A stretch of DNA of 64,000 nt from Trichosphaerium sp. ATCC 40318 (Eukaryota > Protista > Tubulinea). The notes under the pieces were generated by a model, which was not told the origin of the DNA, searched no databases, and worked only from the letters and a program-made list of their open reading frames with translations. A program made the translations under genes and the position numbers. Below, in pieces: positions 25,087 through 37,492 of this stretch (positions are counted from its first letter, which is position 1; each line of letters starts with the position of its first letter). Location of the stretch: the NCBI GenBank assembly GCA_038496445.1, contig JALMLS010000590.1:144068-208067 (forward strand), in the 5' to 3' direction.

Positions 25087-28000
25087 ATGAATAGAATTGT
25101 AAACAATGTGTTAAAAAGCTACGAAAACGGTAACAATAGTACGCCATTTAAACCCACATGCGTCGTAATACTCAAAAACAATAAAAGGATATCAAAAACC
25201 ATACCGTGATAACCAAAGAGCTAATAATGAAGAAACAAAGCCTACAACGCGTTTATTTGTTCGTAATTTACCTCCTAAACTAACAGACGGTGAATTAAAC
25301 GCATTATTCTCAAAATATGGATCTGTTACTGATTGTCGCATAATGACTACAAAGTACGTGCAAATGTCAGTTTTTTTTCGACAAGTTCGTTACTGAAATA
25401 GCAGTTTTTTTTTCCCAAGTTTTTTTTGAAGCCTCGTAAAGTACCCATAGCATGTACTACGTGTGTAGATGCCATGGATAACGTAGTTTTGAATAAATGC
25501 GCTTTTAAACAGAAAGATTGATAAAACTCGTCATTTTTTGTTGTTTTTGATTTTTCCGCTTTAGGGAAGGACGTAGCAGGCGTTTTGGGTTTGTTGGATT
25601 TTCTAATATTGATGATGCAATAAACACAAAGAAAGAGCTTAACCAGACATACTTGGGTAGTTATAAGGTGTCAATAGATTTTGCAAGAAAGGTATACTTA
25701 TTTTCAATGTTTTATCCACGTGTGATTGTTGAAGTTTCGACTTTTCTTTTGTTGTACGCTTATGTGATTTGTTTAGAGAGGTTCTGATCAATTAAACCGT
25801 CCTTGGAGTAAGTACTCTGAGGGTAGCTCGGCACATAGTTCAGTTGTTGATCAGCAGAAGCGAGAAACTGAGAGAATAGCAAAAAAGAAAGCAAAGAAAG
25901 AGAACAAAAAGAAAGAGAAAAAAAAGGAAGAGAACCCTCTTATGGATGAATTTATAAGTATGCACAAGAAAGCAACAGCGTTTACAGACGTTATACAAGC
26001 TTCTCAAGAACCAAACAATACAGGTAAGGACGACATAACCATCTCAAAAGGAATACTAAGAAAAACCTCAAAAATAGATGTTATGGACATTGATAAGGTC
26101 ACCGATGCAAATCAAGCTATGAAAAACATTGAAGAAGAGACAGGAAATGTTCCTGCAGATGCAACGGCTAATGACGCTTTGGATTTTTTAAAGCAGAAGA
26201 AGTCCAAAAAAGGATTTGATTTTTCACTTCTTGAGGAGGTAGCTCCTTTTGTTTAATCAATGCTCGCTTAACTGTCTCATTAGAAAGGTGAAGAAGCTGC
26301 GATTCGTAGCGCAGATCCTACGCAAAGGTTTCTAGATGATCTAGGCATTGATAGCGCCAAGAAGAGAAAAGCTGATGAAATGGGAGGTGAAGAAGATAAC
26401 AAACAGGCTAAAAAACAAAAAACATCAAAATCAAAGAGCGCTTCCATGAATCTTTTCAATGAAGGTATGTTCTCTGGCATTTTGATTATTATTCTTTCTT
26501 AACCACCTTATAGAAGCGCGTGAAGATGGTGAGGAAGAGGATTATGGTGGTATGATGCTCTTAAATCAAGGAAAATCAGCACAGGATGAAAGTGACTCTG
26601 AAAGCGAAGATGACCTTCCCCAGGCTCGAGATGAAACAGTACCGCTTGCAGCAAAGATTCAAAGTATGTAATACGCTACTGAAACTATTTTTAACATTAG
26701 ATATAGGTACAAAGGAGGGTAAAACAGTCTCAGGCGATGTACCTTTCTTATCAGACAAACCAGAGGTTAAAGAGGCTCCAGTCGATCCACAGACCACTGG
26801 TAGACTTCGGGTATTAAATATTGCGTATCATTTAAGTGAGGATGACTTGAGAGAGATTTTCTCGCCATTTGGAGAGATTGAAGAGGTACCCTATGACTTG
26901 TTTTGAATGGAGATTTTTTTAAGTGATTTTGCTTTTTTTTTTTAATTTTGTTTTGAACAGGTTCACATTGTAGTCGAAAAGAGAACCAAGAGATCACGTG
27001 GTTTTGCATTCATACAATTTTCATCACCTTCACATGCCCTAGAAGTACGGTTTTTGAGAAAATTTTGTTGTTGGTGGTTCGCTGTAACTCATAAAAAAAA
27101 AGGCAATGAGATCTCTTCATGGAGAGATTGTTTCTGGAAGAGTATTGAAAGTTGAGACTGCTGATAAAAAGTTGGAGGTTTCGGATGACTTCAAAGTCAT
27201 GAACTCTGGTAAAGGCTTCAGATCTGAATACCAGAAGAAAAAACATTTGAAACTCCTTGCAAACAAAGACAAAGATGTCAGTTGGAATTCCCTATTTATG
27301 GATGTACGACGATTATATTTGCTCATTATACGTCTTATTAACGTTTATTTAAATAGTCATTTTCTGTTGCGCAATCTATGGCGAATAGATATGGCGTGCA
27401 GGCGAGCGATGTACTGAGCAAAGACGGGGATGGCATGGCCGTCAGGTGAGCTTTCATTTCAGAATCGAAAAACCTTAAAAATGCTGTCTTAAACCAATAC
27501 CTGCCAATGAATTTTGGATGTTTACTCTATATTAAAGGCTTGCTTTGGGTGAAAATCAAGTAGTCAGTGAAACAAAGAATTTCTTAAGTCAGGTACCCAT
27601 TTATTGTTAAAACCGTTTTCTGGCAATAATAATAAAAAAAATAGAATGGAGTTTCACTTGATGCATTGAAAGCACATTACAATAAAGATATTACAAGAAG
27701 TAATACAACAATACTAGTAAAAGGATTGAATTTTAGAGTAACAGAAGATAAAATCCATGAATTATTCAAACCGTTTGGATCTATAGCACAAGTAAACAGT
27801 TTTTTTTTTTTTTTTTTTCGATTTGAACTTAACTAACCTATATCTAAGTTGTTGTTGCCTCCATCCAAAACTATTGCACTCATTGAGTACTTTGAACCAA
27901 AGGATGCCAAGAAGGCTTTTAATTCTCTAGCTTATCGTCAATTTAATGATAAACCGTTAATGCTTGAGTGGGCACCAACAGGTATAATTTTTTTTTACTG

Positions 28001-29343
28001 AATTGCTTTTTTAAATATGCTTCTTTGTCATCTTGTATCTCACTCTTGACCCTTTAGGTACTCTCAAAAACAAACCAAAGACAGAATACAATGTAAAAAG
28101 ATCAAACACAAAACCTGTTGAGCGAGAAGCTGTTGTTGTCGAAGGCAAGCCAACAAGATGGATCATTGTTTGTTTTTTTCACTAATTCCGAAAATAGAAC
28201 TTATGGATAACGGTGCTGAGAATAGTACACTTTATGTAACAAACATTGCATTCTCTACAACTAAACAAAGACTTGTTAATGTATTCAGACGTGTTGGGTC
28301 CGTTGTATCATTGAAATTGGCTCAAAAGCGAAACTCTACTGGACAACTTGTCAGCTTAGGTATGTACTGCTTCCTTGATGTTTCTTTCTGCAAATAATTT
28401 ATATTATGTCTAGGTTACGCTTTTGTTGAATATAAGTACAAAGACGAAGCTATGAAGGCATACAAGAAATGTCAAGTACGGCCCTTTTTTTCTTGAAGAA
28501 AAAAAAAACCCCAAAAATAAACCTTAGTAATCACGTGGATCAATGTCTAAAACTCAAATAGGGGAAAGAAATAGATGGAAGAAATATTAAAATTGCATTC
28601 TCTAAACCTAAAGCACAAGAAGAGGCATCGAACCGTAAAGGTATCAAAGACTTTAAAGTCACTACAAAGATTATGGTACGTTTTCTGCTTTTTTTTTTGT
28701 TAGTGTACAATTGTCTTATTAACATGCAATGTACCTGTTCATTAATTAATATTTCAGGTACGCAATATTGCGTTCGAAGCAACACACAAAGATTTATGGA
28801 ATTTGTTTTCGTACGTTATTCATTATAATCCCATGTCTCTTTTTCAGCGAACATGTTTTTTTTTTTTCCCATCGATGTCAAAAGCTAGCTCTTATCCATT
28901 ACTACTCACTTCAAACTCCCGTTATTTTGGTTACTTACATCCGTTGTAGACCTTTTGGTGAGATTAAAGCTTTGAGGTTGCCTCTAAAGAAAGAAGGTAC
29001 ATATTCCAAAAAAAAGAAGCGAAATGTCTATTCACTTTTCTAACTTTTTTCTCACTTAGGGAGACACAGAGGATTCGCTTTTGTTGAATTTCTTACAAAA
29101 GGTGAAGCTGAAAACGCTTTTAATGGATTAAATACGCATCTTTATGGTACGAGAGACATAGCTTAATCCCTTCATTTTCTTTTTTTTTTCTTTCTTTTTT
29201 ACCTCGATATTTGTTAATTGTATGCAATTAAATGTTTTGTTATAGGACGTAGACTTGTTCTTGAATATGCTATGCCAGAAGAGTCTCTAACAGAACAAAA
29301 GCGCAAAGTAGAAAAATACTTTAACAACAACACAAAAATGTAG
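25087..29343 (+). CDS. RBM19: Multiple-RRM ribosome biogenesis protein RBM19/Mrd1 (21 exons)
   Basis: TRLFVRNLP, RSRRFGFVGF, RPWSKYSEGSSA, TGRLRVLNI, SWNSLFM, AVRLALGE, LPPSKTIA, PLMLEWAP, TKIMVRNIAFEAT, HRGFAFVEF, THLYGRRLVLEYA. Confidence 0.95.
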
Positions 29344-31307
29344 CATAACAAAAACAACTAAAAAAAAATTAAACAAGTTACCAAAAAAAAAAACCATACT
29401 ATTACTTCAGTTTGTTACTTGACCTACGGTTTGAGCTGTATGAATTTGGGTAACAAGCTAAATATGGCATATACAAAGACACGATAGAGAGTCAGCCTTT
29501 ACAGCCTCTTGTTCGTGACAGGTAAAATATGTAAGTTTTGTTCACGTTTTTTTTTATTCAGTTTTCAGTGGTTTGTGGATTATCCGTGAGTGGAAGTGTT
29601 CCAGTTTTAATTGTGATCACATTCGTATGTTCTTTTGCCAAAACAATACCGCAGACGTGGGTACAATTGTAGCTCTAGTATGCTTGTACGCTGGACTAAT
29701 TTTATAGATTTAAAATTAAAGTTGAGCTTTACACTATGGCACTCCTTCTGGTGCTACCCAGAAAGTATTTAATCCTTACTAGTTTCAAGCGTTGTTTATT
29801 GGTTAGTTCCGTGGTACAAAGAGGAACCAAACGTTTCCTAGGAGTAACCAAAGTTTATTAAGCTAAAACAAAAAGGTATCGTTTGACGAGGTGCCTCACT
29901 GTGTTTTAGATGTTCTTGTATAAGCAGTCCAAACCCTTCGTCAGAACTCCTCGTGCTTGTATCTATACCGTGACGACACGCCAGGTAAATCTTAAAGAGA
30001 TGCGGCATTACTGTTAAAACGAAACTTAGTACGTTAAGGTTGTCATTGTACTTCGTCCCGACGAGAGAGTCATCACACAAGTGCCTTGTGGACCCTCACC
30101 CATCAAGCCGCTAGTTAATAAAACGTGCTGTAAATTCATCTTTATAACGATCTTGAACCGTACCACGAAGAGGACACATGTCTCACAACATGGCCAGTGA
30201 CGTTTTTAGACACTTTCAATATTATAATTTGTACGTTCATCAATTGTATTGCAGATGTCATGGTTACCTAGACATCATTGTTGCGTACCCCATCCGTTGT
30301 CTAAACTACTTTTTAGTAATCGCAAAAGACGCTTTACGTCTGATGGGCATCAAAGCAACGCGGACGCGATCAATTCACTCAAACCTTGTGTCCTACCCCA
30401 ACCACAAGTACCTGCGTTTTTCTGTGATAGATTATTACGTGTTGGTACAACGACAACAGAGATATAACATTCCTTTACGGTACGCCAATGACATTGCACG
30501 CAAAACAGAAATTTGAAAAAAAAAAAAAAAAAAAACTTGAAAACCGTAAAAATTACCTGAGAAATGCTTACCTACTAGCTACATATGACAAATAATGAAA
30601 AAAAAGTTTTTTAATCGAGAAAAAAAAGTAGTTTCTTTTTCTTTTTCGCACCTTTCCTTTTATAATCATTAAAAAAACCGCTTCGTTAAATAGCCAATTA
30701 GTCATAAAACTTTGCAGTTCATTCCTTTACTTCAAAATTCTCTGACGTGATCTGGTTAGTCTGATACTTTGATATAGAGCGCTCAAGTACACTGTCCTCG
30801 CATGGTAGTGAAATATACACCAAACAACGCATAGAGTTCCGTTTTTTTTGTCAACAAGAACAGTCATCAAAAAAATAATCGTTTCGAAAGGCCAATCAAC
30901 CCAACGATACCCTTTAGACGTGTATTTTAACGTACAAAGAAAGAGAACTTACTACACGAAACTTTAGTCTAGATACGAGGGATATGAGTGATCTGGGTGA
31001 AGTAGGCTGTGACGTACTCAGTTTACCTCTTTCTTCATTTTTAAGCTATTAAAATATGCAACAATACAAAAGAATAGAATATATCTATTTTTTTGGTCTC
31101 TTTCGATGGATTGTGGAGATGACACGTCGAATCTAATGCTTTGGGTACCAAATGCATTAAAAATCATAATTGACACCTTATTTATTATGCTCATTGATCA
31201 TACAAACTTTTACAAAGCTCATTAAATGAGTTTTTAAACGTTTTGTGGATGTCTGTAACATTTAGACATTTTTTGACTGTAACACATAACAGAACGACCA
31301 AACGTCA

Positions 31308-31666
31308 ATGAAAACAAGACGTAAGGATTACGGTGTACCTGTAGAAATACCGAAGCCTAAACCTAAACCATATGCAGAGTATTGTACGTATATAAACACG
31401 TGACAAAAACAAAAACATTTCCTTCTAACTTTTTTGTCCTAACAGGTTTTGATTTCAGGCTGAAGACTTTTAATGGATGTACACCTGCTCAAGTAGTTCG
31501 TGGTATTGACTGGGTAACGTCACAGATTAGAGGCGGTAAAGTACAACTGGATAAATCGTTCGTGACGTCGTTTGATGATCACTACGGGGCGTTTTATAGT
31601 GATAGAGAGTGTGATGTGCAAATACTATATTACCCTCCTGCTGGAATTGAATGGAAGTATTCTTAA
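31308..31666 (+). CDS. Small hypothetical protein (two exons supported; may extend upstream)
   Basis: MKTRRKDYGVPVEIPKPKPKPYAEY joined through a GTACGT..CAG intron to CFDFRLKTFNGCTPAQVVRGIDWV...; no family recognised. Confidence 0.5.
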
Positions 31667-32539
31667 AATAAACGTATTGGTACTTTAATGCGTATTATGG
31701 ATTAGTTTCATAGTAATATAAGCTATGTGCTTGGTTATAGTTAATTTTAGACTAACCACTTGAATCACGTTGTTCGACTTAAAAGTCTGTTATTTCGCTT
31801 TGTTTTTTTCGAAAGTGTTGTGCGATGTTGGCCTTGGTTAACGACATGTGACCTTCCTCATTCCGTTGAAAGTTGTTCACGTATTAATAACCTTGGAGGT
31901 TGTAGTATAGTAGTGGAATTGGTAAAGGGATCTATTGTAGCTAGGTTCGTAGAGTTCGCAACCTCAAGTAAGGGTAGGAATTTTTTTTGTGGATTTTTTT
32001 TTATTGCGATTTCCTTCTGTACTGCGTATGTTCATACTATTTTTACTGGTTGCTAAGGATGGAGTCTAAGATTAAGCTTTTATTTTATTCAATTTAGAAG
32101 GTTAGACAACCCTTATACTCCCTGGTCTCGAACATATGAAACTGTTTTCAAAAGTTGTTTTTTTTTTTTTTTTGACGTCTATGAGATTTGTTTGTATTTG
32201 CTCGTTTTGAGCTTGTTCGCAATGAGCCTTTCTTTTTTTTATTTTATTGCGAAAAGACATTTACGTAAAATGATTGATTTGATCGTGCTACAATACGTTA
32301 TTGCTAGGTATGCTCAGCTTAATATTGTTTCACAATAAAGTACAGAAATTAGCTGTATTTATCAATGCGAAGTGCTCATACGGTCCATCTGGGAAGTTAT
32401 GGCTACTCAGTTTATGAATGACGTACTGTAGTACTATTGCAGATGTATTGCTAGTAGTAACAACTAAGTGGTACTTAAAATACTCTAGCTTTGATCAAAA
32501 TGAGACATTTCAGGTCAAAAAGGTTCTCCAAATCAAAAA

Positions 32540-33557
32540 ATGTCGTCTTCAACTAACCACATAGTCAAGGTACTGGTTTTCTAACCTTAGTCTTGCTTAA
32601 CGGAATTTTATAGATAAAAACATCGCAATCAGATTGTTGTCACTTATTGAACATACCAGTGGAGCTACACCTTCGTATCATCGGTCTTGATATTAAACTT
32701 GGTATTCAATGGCCATTGCTTTCAAAACAAGCAGCTTTTAGCTCAAAGAGGTATGATAGTAAGCTAAGAAAACACGGGACATGGATACACACGCATACAA
32801 CAAACAGGAATAAACACACACCTATAGCACGTGACAATGTCAAAAAACGGATTGTTGTCAAGAAAGCTCTGTGGAAACATGGTAAACGTCACGGTAAATT
32901 CAAGGAATGGCACGTGACTAGTGGCAGAATGGCCAAACGGTATTTTTATGTAAATGATAAGTTGGACGGAGAGTATAACGAGTGGTTCGACAATGGACAA
33001 ATACATAAACATTGCTACTATATCAATGGCAAGTTAGATGGGAAGTACAAGGAGTGGTATTCTAATGCAAAGACATACAAAGCGTGCTTTTACACCAACG
33101 GTAAGCTAAATGGAAAGTACAAAGAGTGCTACAAGAATGGGGTTGTGTCAAAAGAGTGTTGTTACTTAAAAGGTTGTTTGAACGGGAAGTACAAAGAGTC
33201 AACTGTATATGGTACTTTAAGCTTACTTTGCCATTATGTTAACGGTGATTTACATGGAGAGTACAAGGAATGGAATAAGAAAGGTCTATGCTGGCTAGAG
33301 TGTAACTACTTTAAGGATAAAAAGAAGGAGAGCACACAACTTGGCATTCGAATGGTAAAGTATGGGTGCATTGTCACTATGTCCAAGGTAAACTAGAAGG
33401 AGAGTACAAGATGTGGTATGATAATGGTAAACTATCAGAAAGTGGTCAGTATGTTAGCGGTAGCCGAGAGGGAAAATTTAAAATGTGGAAGAGAAATGGT
33501 AGGTTGAAGAAGCGATGTATCTACAGCAATAACAAAGAAAGTAAAAGTCAAATATAA
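32540..33557 (+). CDS. F-box-like module + MORN-variant repeat protein (family member 4; 1-nt frameshift at 33319-33323)
   Basis: Exon 1 MSSSTNHIVK, intron 32570-32613, LLNIPVELHLRI...WPLLSKQAAFSSKRYDSKLRKHG; 24-aa repeats continue in the other frame after an A5 run. Confidence 0.8.
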
Positions 33558-33875
33558 AAATGAGGACACACTTCTTTAACAACCCTTTATTATATGTACT
33601 TCACTATCACTTCAATATGCATATAAGTTTGTAAAAATCAACAAATGAATGTCTTGCATCAATATCTTGCTGTTTTCGAAGAACAACTTTATTCATACCA
33701 ACACAAACACGAAGGTATGATCTTCGGATTGTAAAACCTACGTGTAAATAGCAGTTCGGATAACGCAACAATATAAGTCTTTTTTGAAGCACTTTTACGA
33801 CCAGCTGAAAAGTCAATGATTTTCATAAGAAAAAAGCATAGATTCTACACAGCCTAAAGAACGCAACGCAACAGC

Positions 33876-34811
33876 ATGGTATGTTCGCATTTTCCTAAAT
33901 AAACCGTCACAGCACCTTACGGCGTTATTTAGACAACAATAAAACAGAATTACAGTCTATTAGACCTTCCTATAGAGCTACACCTTGATATTACGGATTT
34001 AGACTTTGAAACCTATAAAAAATGGCCGTTGCTAACAAAACACATGGCAACGATAACAAGGTTCGATAGCGACTTCAAAAAGCATGGAAAGTGGCTTAAA
34101 CAATACAAAGAACAAGGAAGAATGTGTGAGCAATGTGTCTTCGACCATGGTTCAAGAGAAGGTCAGTGTAAGAAGTGGCATGTCAATGGACAACTTGCTG
34201 GGGTATCAAATTATTCCAGAGGTAAGCTTGAAGGAGAGCACAAGAGATGGCATTCAAATGGTCGAAAGTCTATGTGTTGTCATTACGTCAATGGAAAGAA
34301 AGAAGGAGAGTACTTACGCTATATAAATGATGCAATGTATTGGCAGTGTAACTATGTCAAAGACAAACTTGAAGGAGAATACAGAGAGTGGTATAAACAT
34401 GGAGATTTAAAAGAGATTTGTCATTACGCTAGTGGGATACTTGAAGGAGAGTACAAGAAATGGTATTATTATGGTAAGGTGAAAGAGTATTGTACATATG
34501 TCAATGGTAAGCTAGAGGGAGAGTTTAAGTATTGGCATTATAGTGGTCAATTGAATGAGCAGTGTTATTATGTCAACGGCAAACTGGAAGGAGTTTACAA
34601 GAGTTGGTTTATGAATGGCCAAGTGAGCGAGATTAGTAACTATGTCAATGGCAAACGACATGGAGAGTATAAACTATGGTATCAAGATGGGCGACTATCA
34701 ACAGAATGTGTATATGTTGATGGTATACGAGACGGTGAGTTCAAGAGATACTCCTACGAAGGAGTATTGGTACTACAGGGTAAGTACATTAATGGTAAAC
34801 AAGAAGACTGA
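33876..34811 (+). CDS. F-box-like module + MORN-variant repeat protein (family member 5)
   Basis: ATG-only first coding exon, intron 33879-33932 (GTATGT..TAG), LLDLPIELHLDI...WPLLTKHMATITRFDSDFKKHG, ten ~24-aa repeats. Confidence 0.88.
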
Positions 34812-35394
34812 GTAAATAAATTTTTCCTTTAACCTGAACTCTGTTTGATTTACAAATTAGTTAGTTGTCACGTGATTACTCATGTGCAAAATATCATGTC
34901 TGTTACAAGCAGACAGGCATCTCTAGAGGGGAAACATTACGATTTTCGCTTGAACTTACAATATCTTCAAAAGTTTCTCTGTAAACAACTGTTGCTACTA
35001 GGTAATATAAATTGAAAATGCTCAAAGCATAGTCACAAATTGTATGTGAACGTTAAAGTTTTAACAAATCCAAAGTCATTCGGCACCTATCACTAGTAAT
35101 TCTGTAGGTTGTGTTTGCCAACCTAACTGATTAACCTAAGCAATAGCTGAAAATTAATGGTGATGGAAGTCAGGAGAATAGGTTTATCACCCCAAAAAAT
35201 GTTGTAATTGAGTGTCAATATTTTTTTACCTCACAGGATTTGTTGCATTTGCGAGTCTGTCAATCAATACCTGTTTGTTTCCTTGCTTGTTAAGGTTCAA
35301 TGTACTATAGTGTCTTGAAAAGAATGATTTTTTCTTGTTTTCTGCCATTTCTGGGGTCAGGTGAGCACATCCTTATAAAACGTTTGTAAAAATC

Positions 35395-35950
35395 GTGACG
35401 CAAATCACTGAACCATTCTTTGGCCTTACTTTTTCTCTTCCATGTCTTATTGTCCCAATCAAGGCTTTCAGAGTGCTACCATATATCACAGTAATCGCAT
35501 CGTATCATCGCTTTGTCTCTTACTTCTTTTCTACTGTGTCGACAATCTTCAAAACAATGAAATTCTGGTTTTTTACCTATCTTTCTGTGATGTTCACTTA
35601 AAGAAGCTTTCTACCTTTTCTTCTCTGATACCGCTTTTACTTTCTTGGATAGGAGCTCACACACCTCCTGTGCTAATGCTAATTGTTGCCAATACCATGT
35701 CTGTTGCACTTCCACGACAAAAAAAACTTAAGTCTCACGAGATAGTCCACAGTTTTTTTTCAAAATCAGACAAACACGTGGAGTTGGAATCTGTTTTGGA
35801 TCACCAGTATTCCAGCCACTATCCATAACTTTTATTTTTACATGGCCAATTATGGTCGCAATGGGTTTTACATACATGCAAGAGCGGATTGAGAGGGTTT
35901 TGGGCTGTTTAAAAATTTTACTATCCATAATTTTTCAACTACTTCCGAAT
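35395..35950 (-). mobile_element. Decayed pogo/CENP-B-like (DDE-1) transposase relic with PHD-finger remnant
   Basis: Fragments in the expected order: KLWIVKFLNS/PKTLSIR (end of CENP-B-type HTH), DSGW...PRVCLIL (DDE-1-like), MIRCDYCDIW*H...EWFS (broken PHD). No TIRs found. Confidence 0.4.
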
Positions 35951-36414
35951 AAAGAGGTATTGCTAAATCTAAGCTGTTTTCTTTCCTTATTTAGAACAAG
36001 TAGTTTAACTTGTACCTTCACCGAATATCCTACAAACACGTGTTTTTGTTTTAAGTAATTTATGGGAATACTTACTGCTTTGCCAACCCTTTGGTTTGAT
36101 AAATAGTTTGGTATCAGGGATACTACGCTTTTAACTTCCTTTTTTAGATTATGTATTTTAATGCCATTTTTGAGAAATATACAGGTAATTGAATGCGCAC
36201 TGGTGCGGGTCCATAATCAAACAATTAAGTCTAACCTTCAACATCCTGCTTCATCTCTACCTACTTATCCAATAAGTGTAGCTGGCAGTTTCTGTTGCAG
36301 TAAATATTAGAAAACTTTGTGTTATCATATATACAAGGCGATTTATTACTACATTTAGAATCATTAATAACGTGTTTGACTTTTTACGTCAATTTCCTTT
36401 TACTGTTTATCACT

Positions 36415-37492
36415 ATGGAAACTACAAATAAGGTATCGCTTCGAGTTGAATGTACTGTAGGTACCAGTGAATGTTCAGGTACGCCAATAGATCTAATAGT
36501 GTTAAAACGTTATTATTTACAGTAAAACTAAGATTGTGAACCTCTACAGTTGAATATAAATACAGATACAGTGTTATCAAGGATAATACGTAAAATACTA
36601 CGGATATACCAAATTATAGGCCACCCAGATGACTATGGCTTATATACGTGCGTACCTGGGTTACAAGGCAAACGTTGGCTTCAATCAGAGTGTCAATTGG
36701 GTGATTACGCTTACGGCTCTTCAGTACGTTCCATTTTTGGTTCTCAAAACCAATTCTATTTTTAATGGTTATTTACACTCTCAAAGTTCTCTGTGTACTT
36801 TGGCAGATCACCCAAGAAACTGTATTTTGACATCATAGGGATGGATCAATCTTATAACTACTTGCTATTGGATGATACAAGTACCATTGACGAGGTTATA
36901 AACGAAATAAGCACACGTGCAACAATATCTTGCCCTGAGAATTTCTACCTTATGGTACCTCCGTCTATTCATTTATCACGTTTCTGTTATCTCTATGATG
37001 ATGATATATACCAAGAAGCCAATACAAAGTCGCTACCAGAAGAGGTATGATTATGTAAAAGACTTTCGTCGAAAAATAAAAGTTGCAATTTTATTAACAA
37101 CTTTATGTTTAGACTTTAGAAGAGATTTTTGAACACGTGGGTTGGTATTTATCTTTAAATTTGGTTTGTAAGACATGGAGACGTATAGCACTACCTGTTC
37201 TGATAAAGGCATGGGATGGGTTAAAAACGGACAGAGAAAGTACGCAACTTTGTTTTTTGAACAATTTCTGCAAAAAAAAACAAACCAAAAAACTGACACG
37301 TGTTATTTAGTGATTAGGGCAGACCGTAAATCGCGACTGATGGACCAATACCTATCTTACACATCTAAAGTAGAGTTAGTACTTGATAGCACTACGCATA
37401 GATATGGTACAGCATCAAAATGTTCAGTGGAATATACAATCAAGAACTCAAGTATATGGCGAGGTTATAAACAAACAACCCTTCAGTCTTAG
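36415..37492 (+). CDS. Short protein with talin-head-like F0/F1 ubiquitin-fold domains
   Basis: GHPDDYGLY...GKRWLQSECQLGDY and LLDDTSTIDEVINEISTR...ENFYL parallel the talin F0 and F1 motifs; 3' structure uncertain. Confidence 0.55.

Noticed and set aside
29460-30520. Possible multi-exon plus-strand gene (similarly 21400-21817 and 61343-61800)
   Set aside because: Splice-like signals present but no consistent reading frame or recognisable domain could be assembled.
33318-33324. Programmed -1 frameshift
   Set aside because: T AAA AAG is not a full X XXY YYZ heptamer and no downstream stimulatory structure was evident.
4116-34811. Bacterial YwqJK-type toxin-antitoxin locus or bacterial contamination
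   Set aside because: The MORN-variant genes have spliceosomal introns, no adjacent toxin genes, and sit among eukaryotic genes.
32540-34811. Diversity-generating retroelement or CRISPR-like array
   Set aside because: Repeats are in-frame coding units; no reverse transcriptase, no template/variable pair differing only at adenines, no spacer structure.
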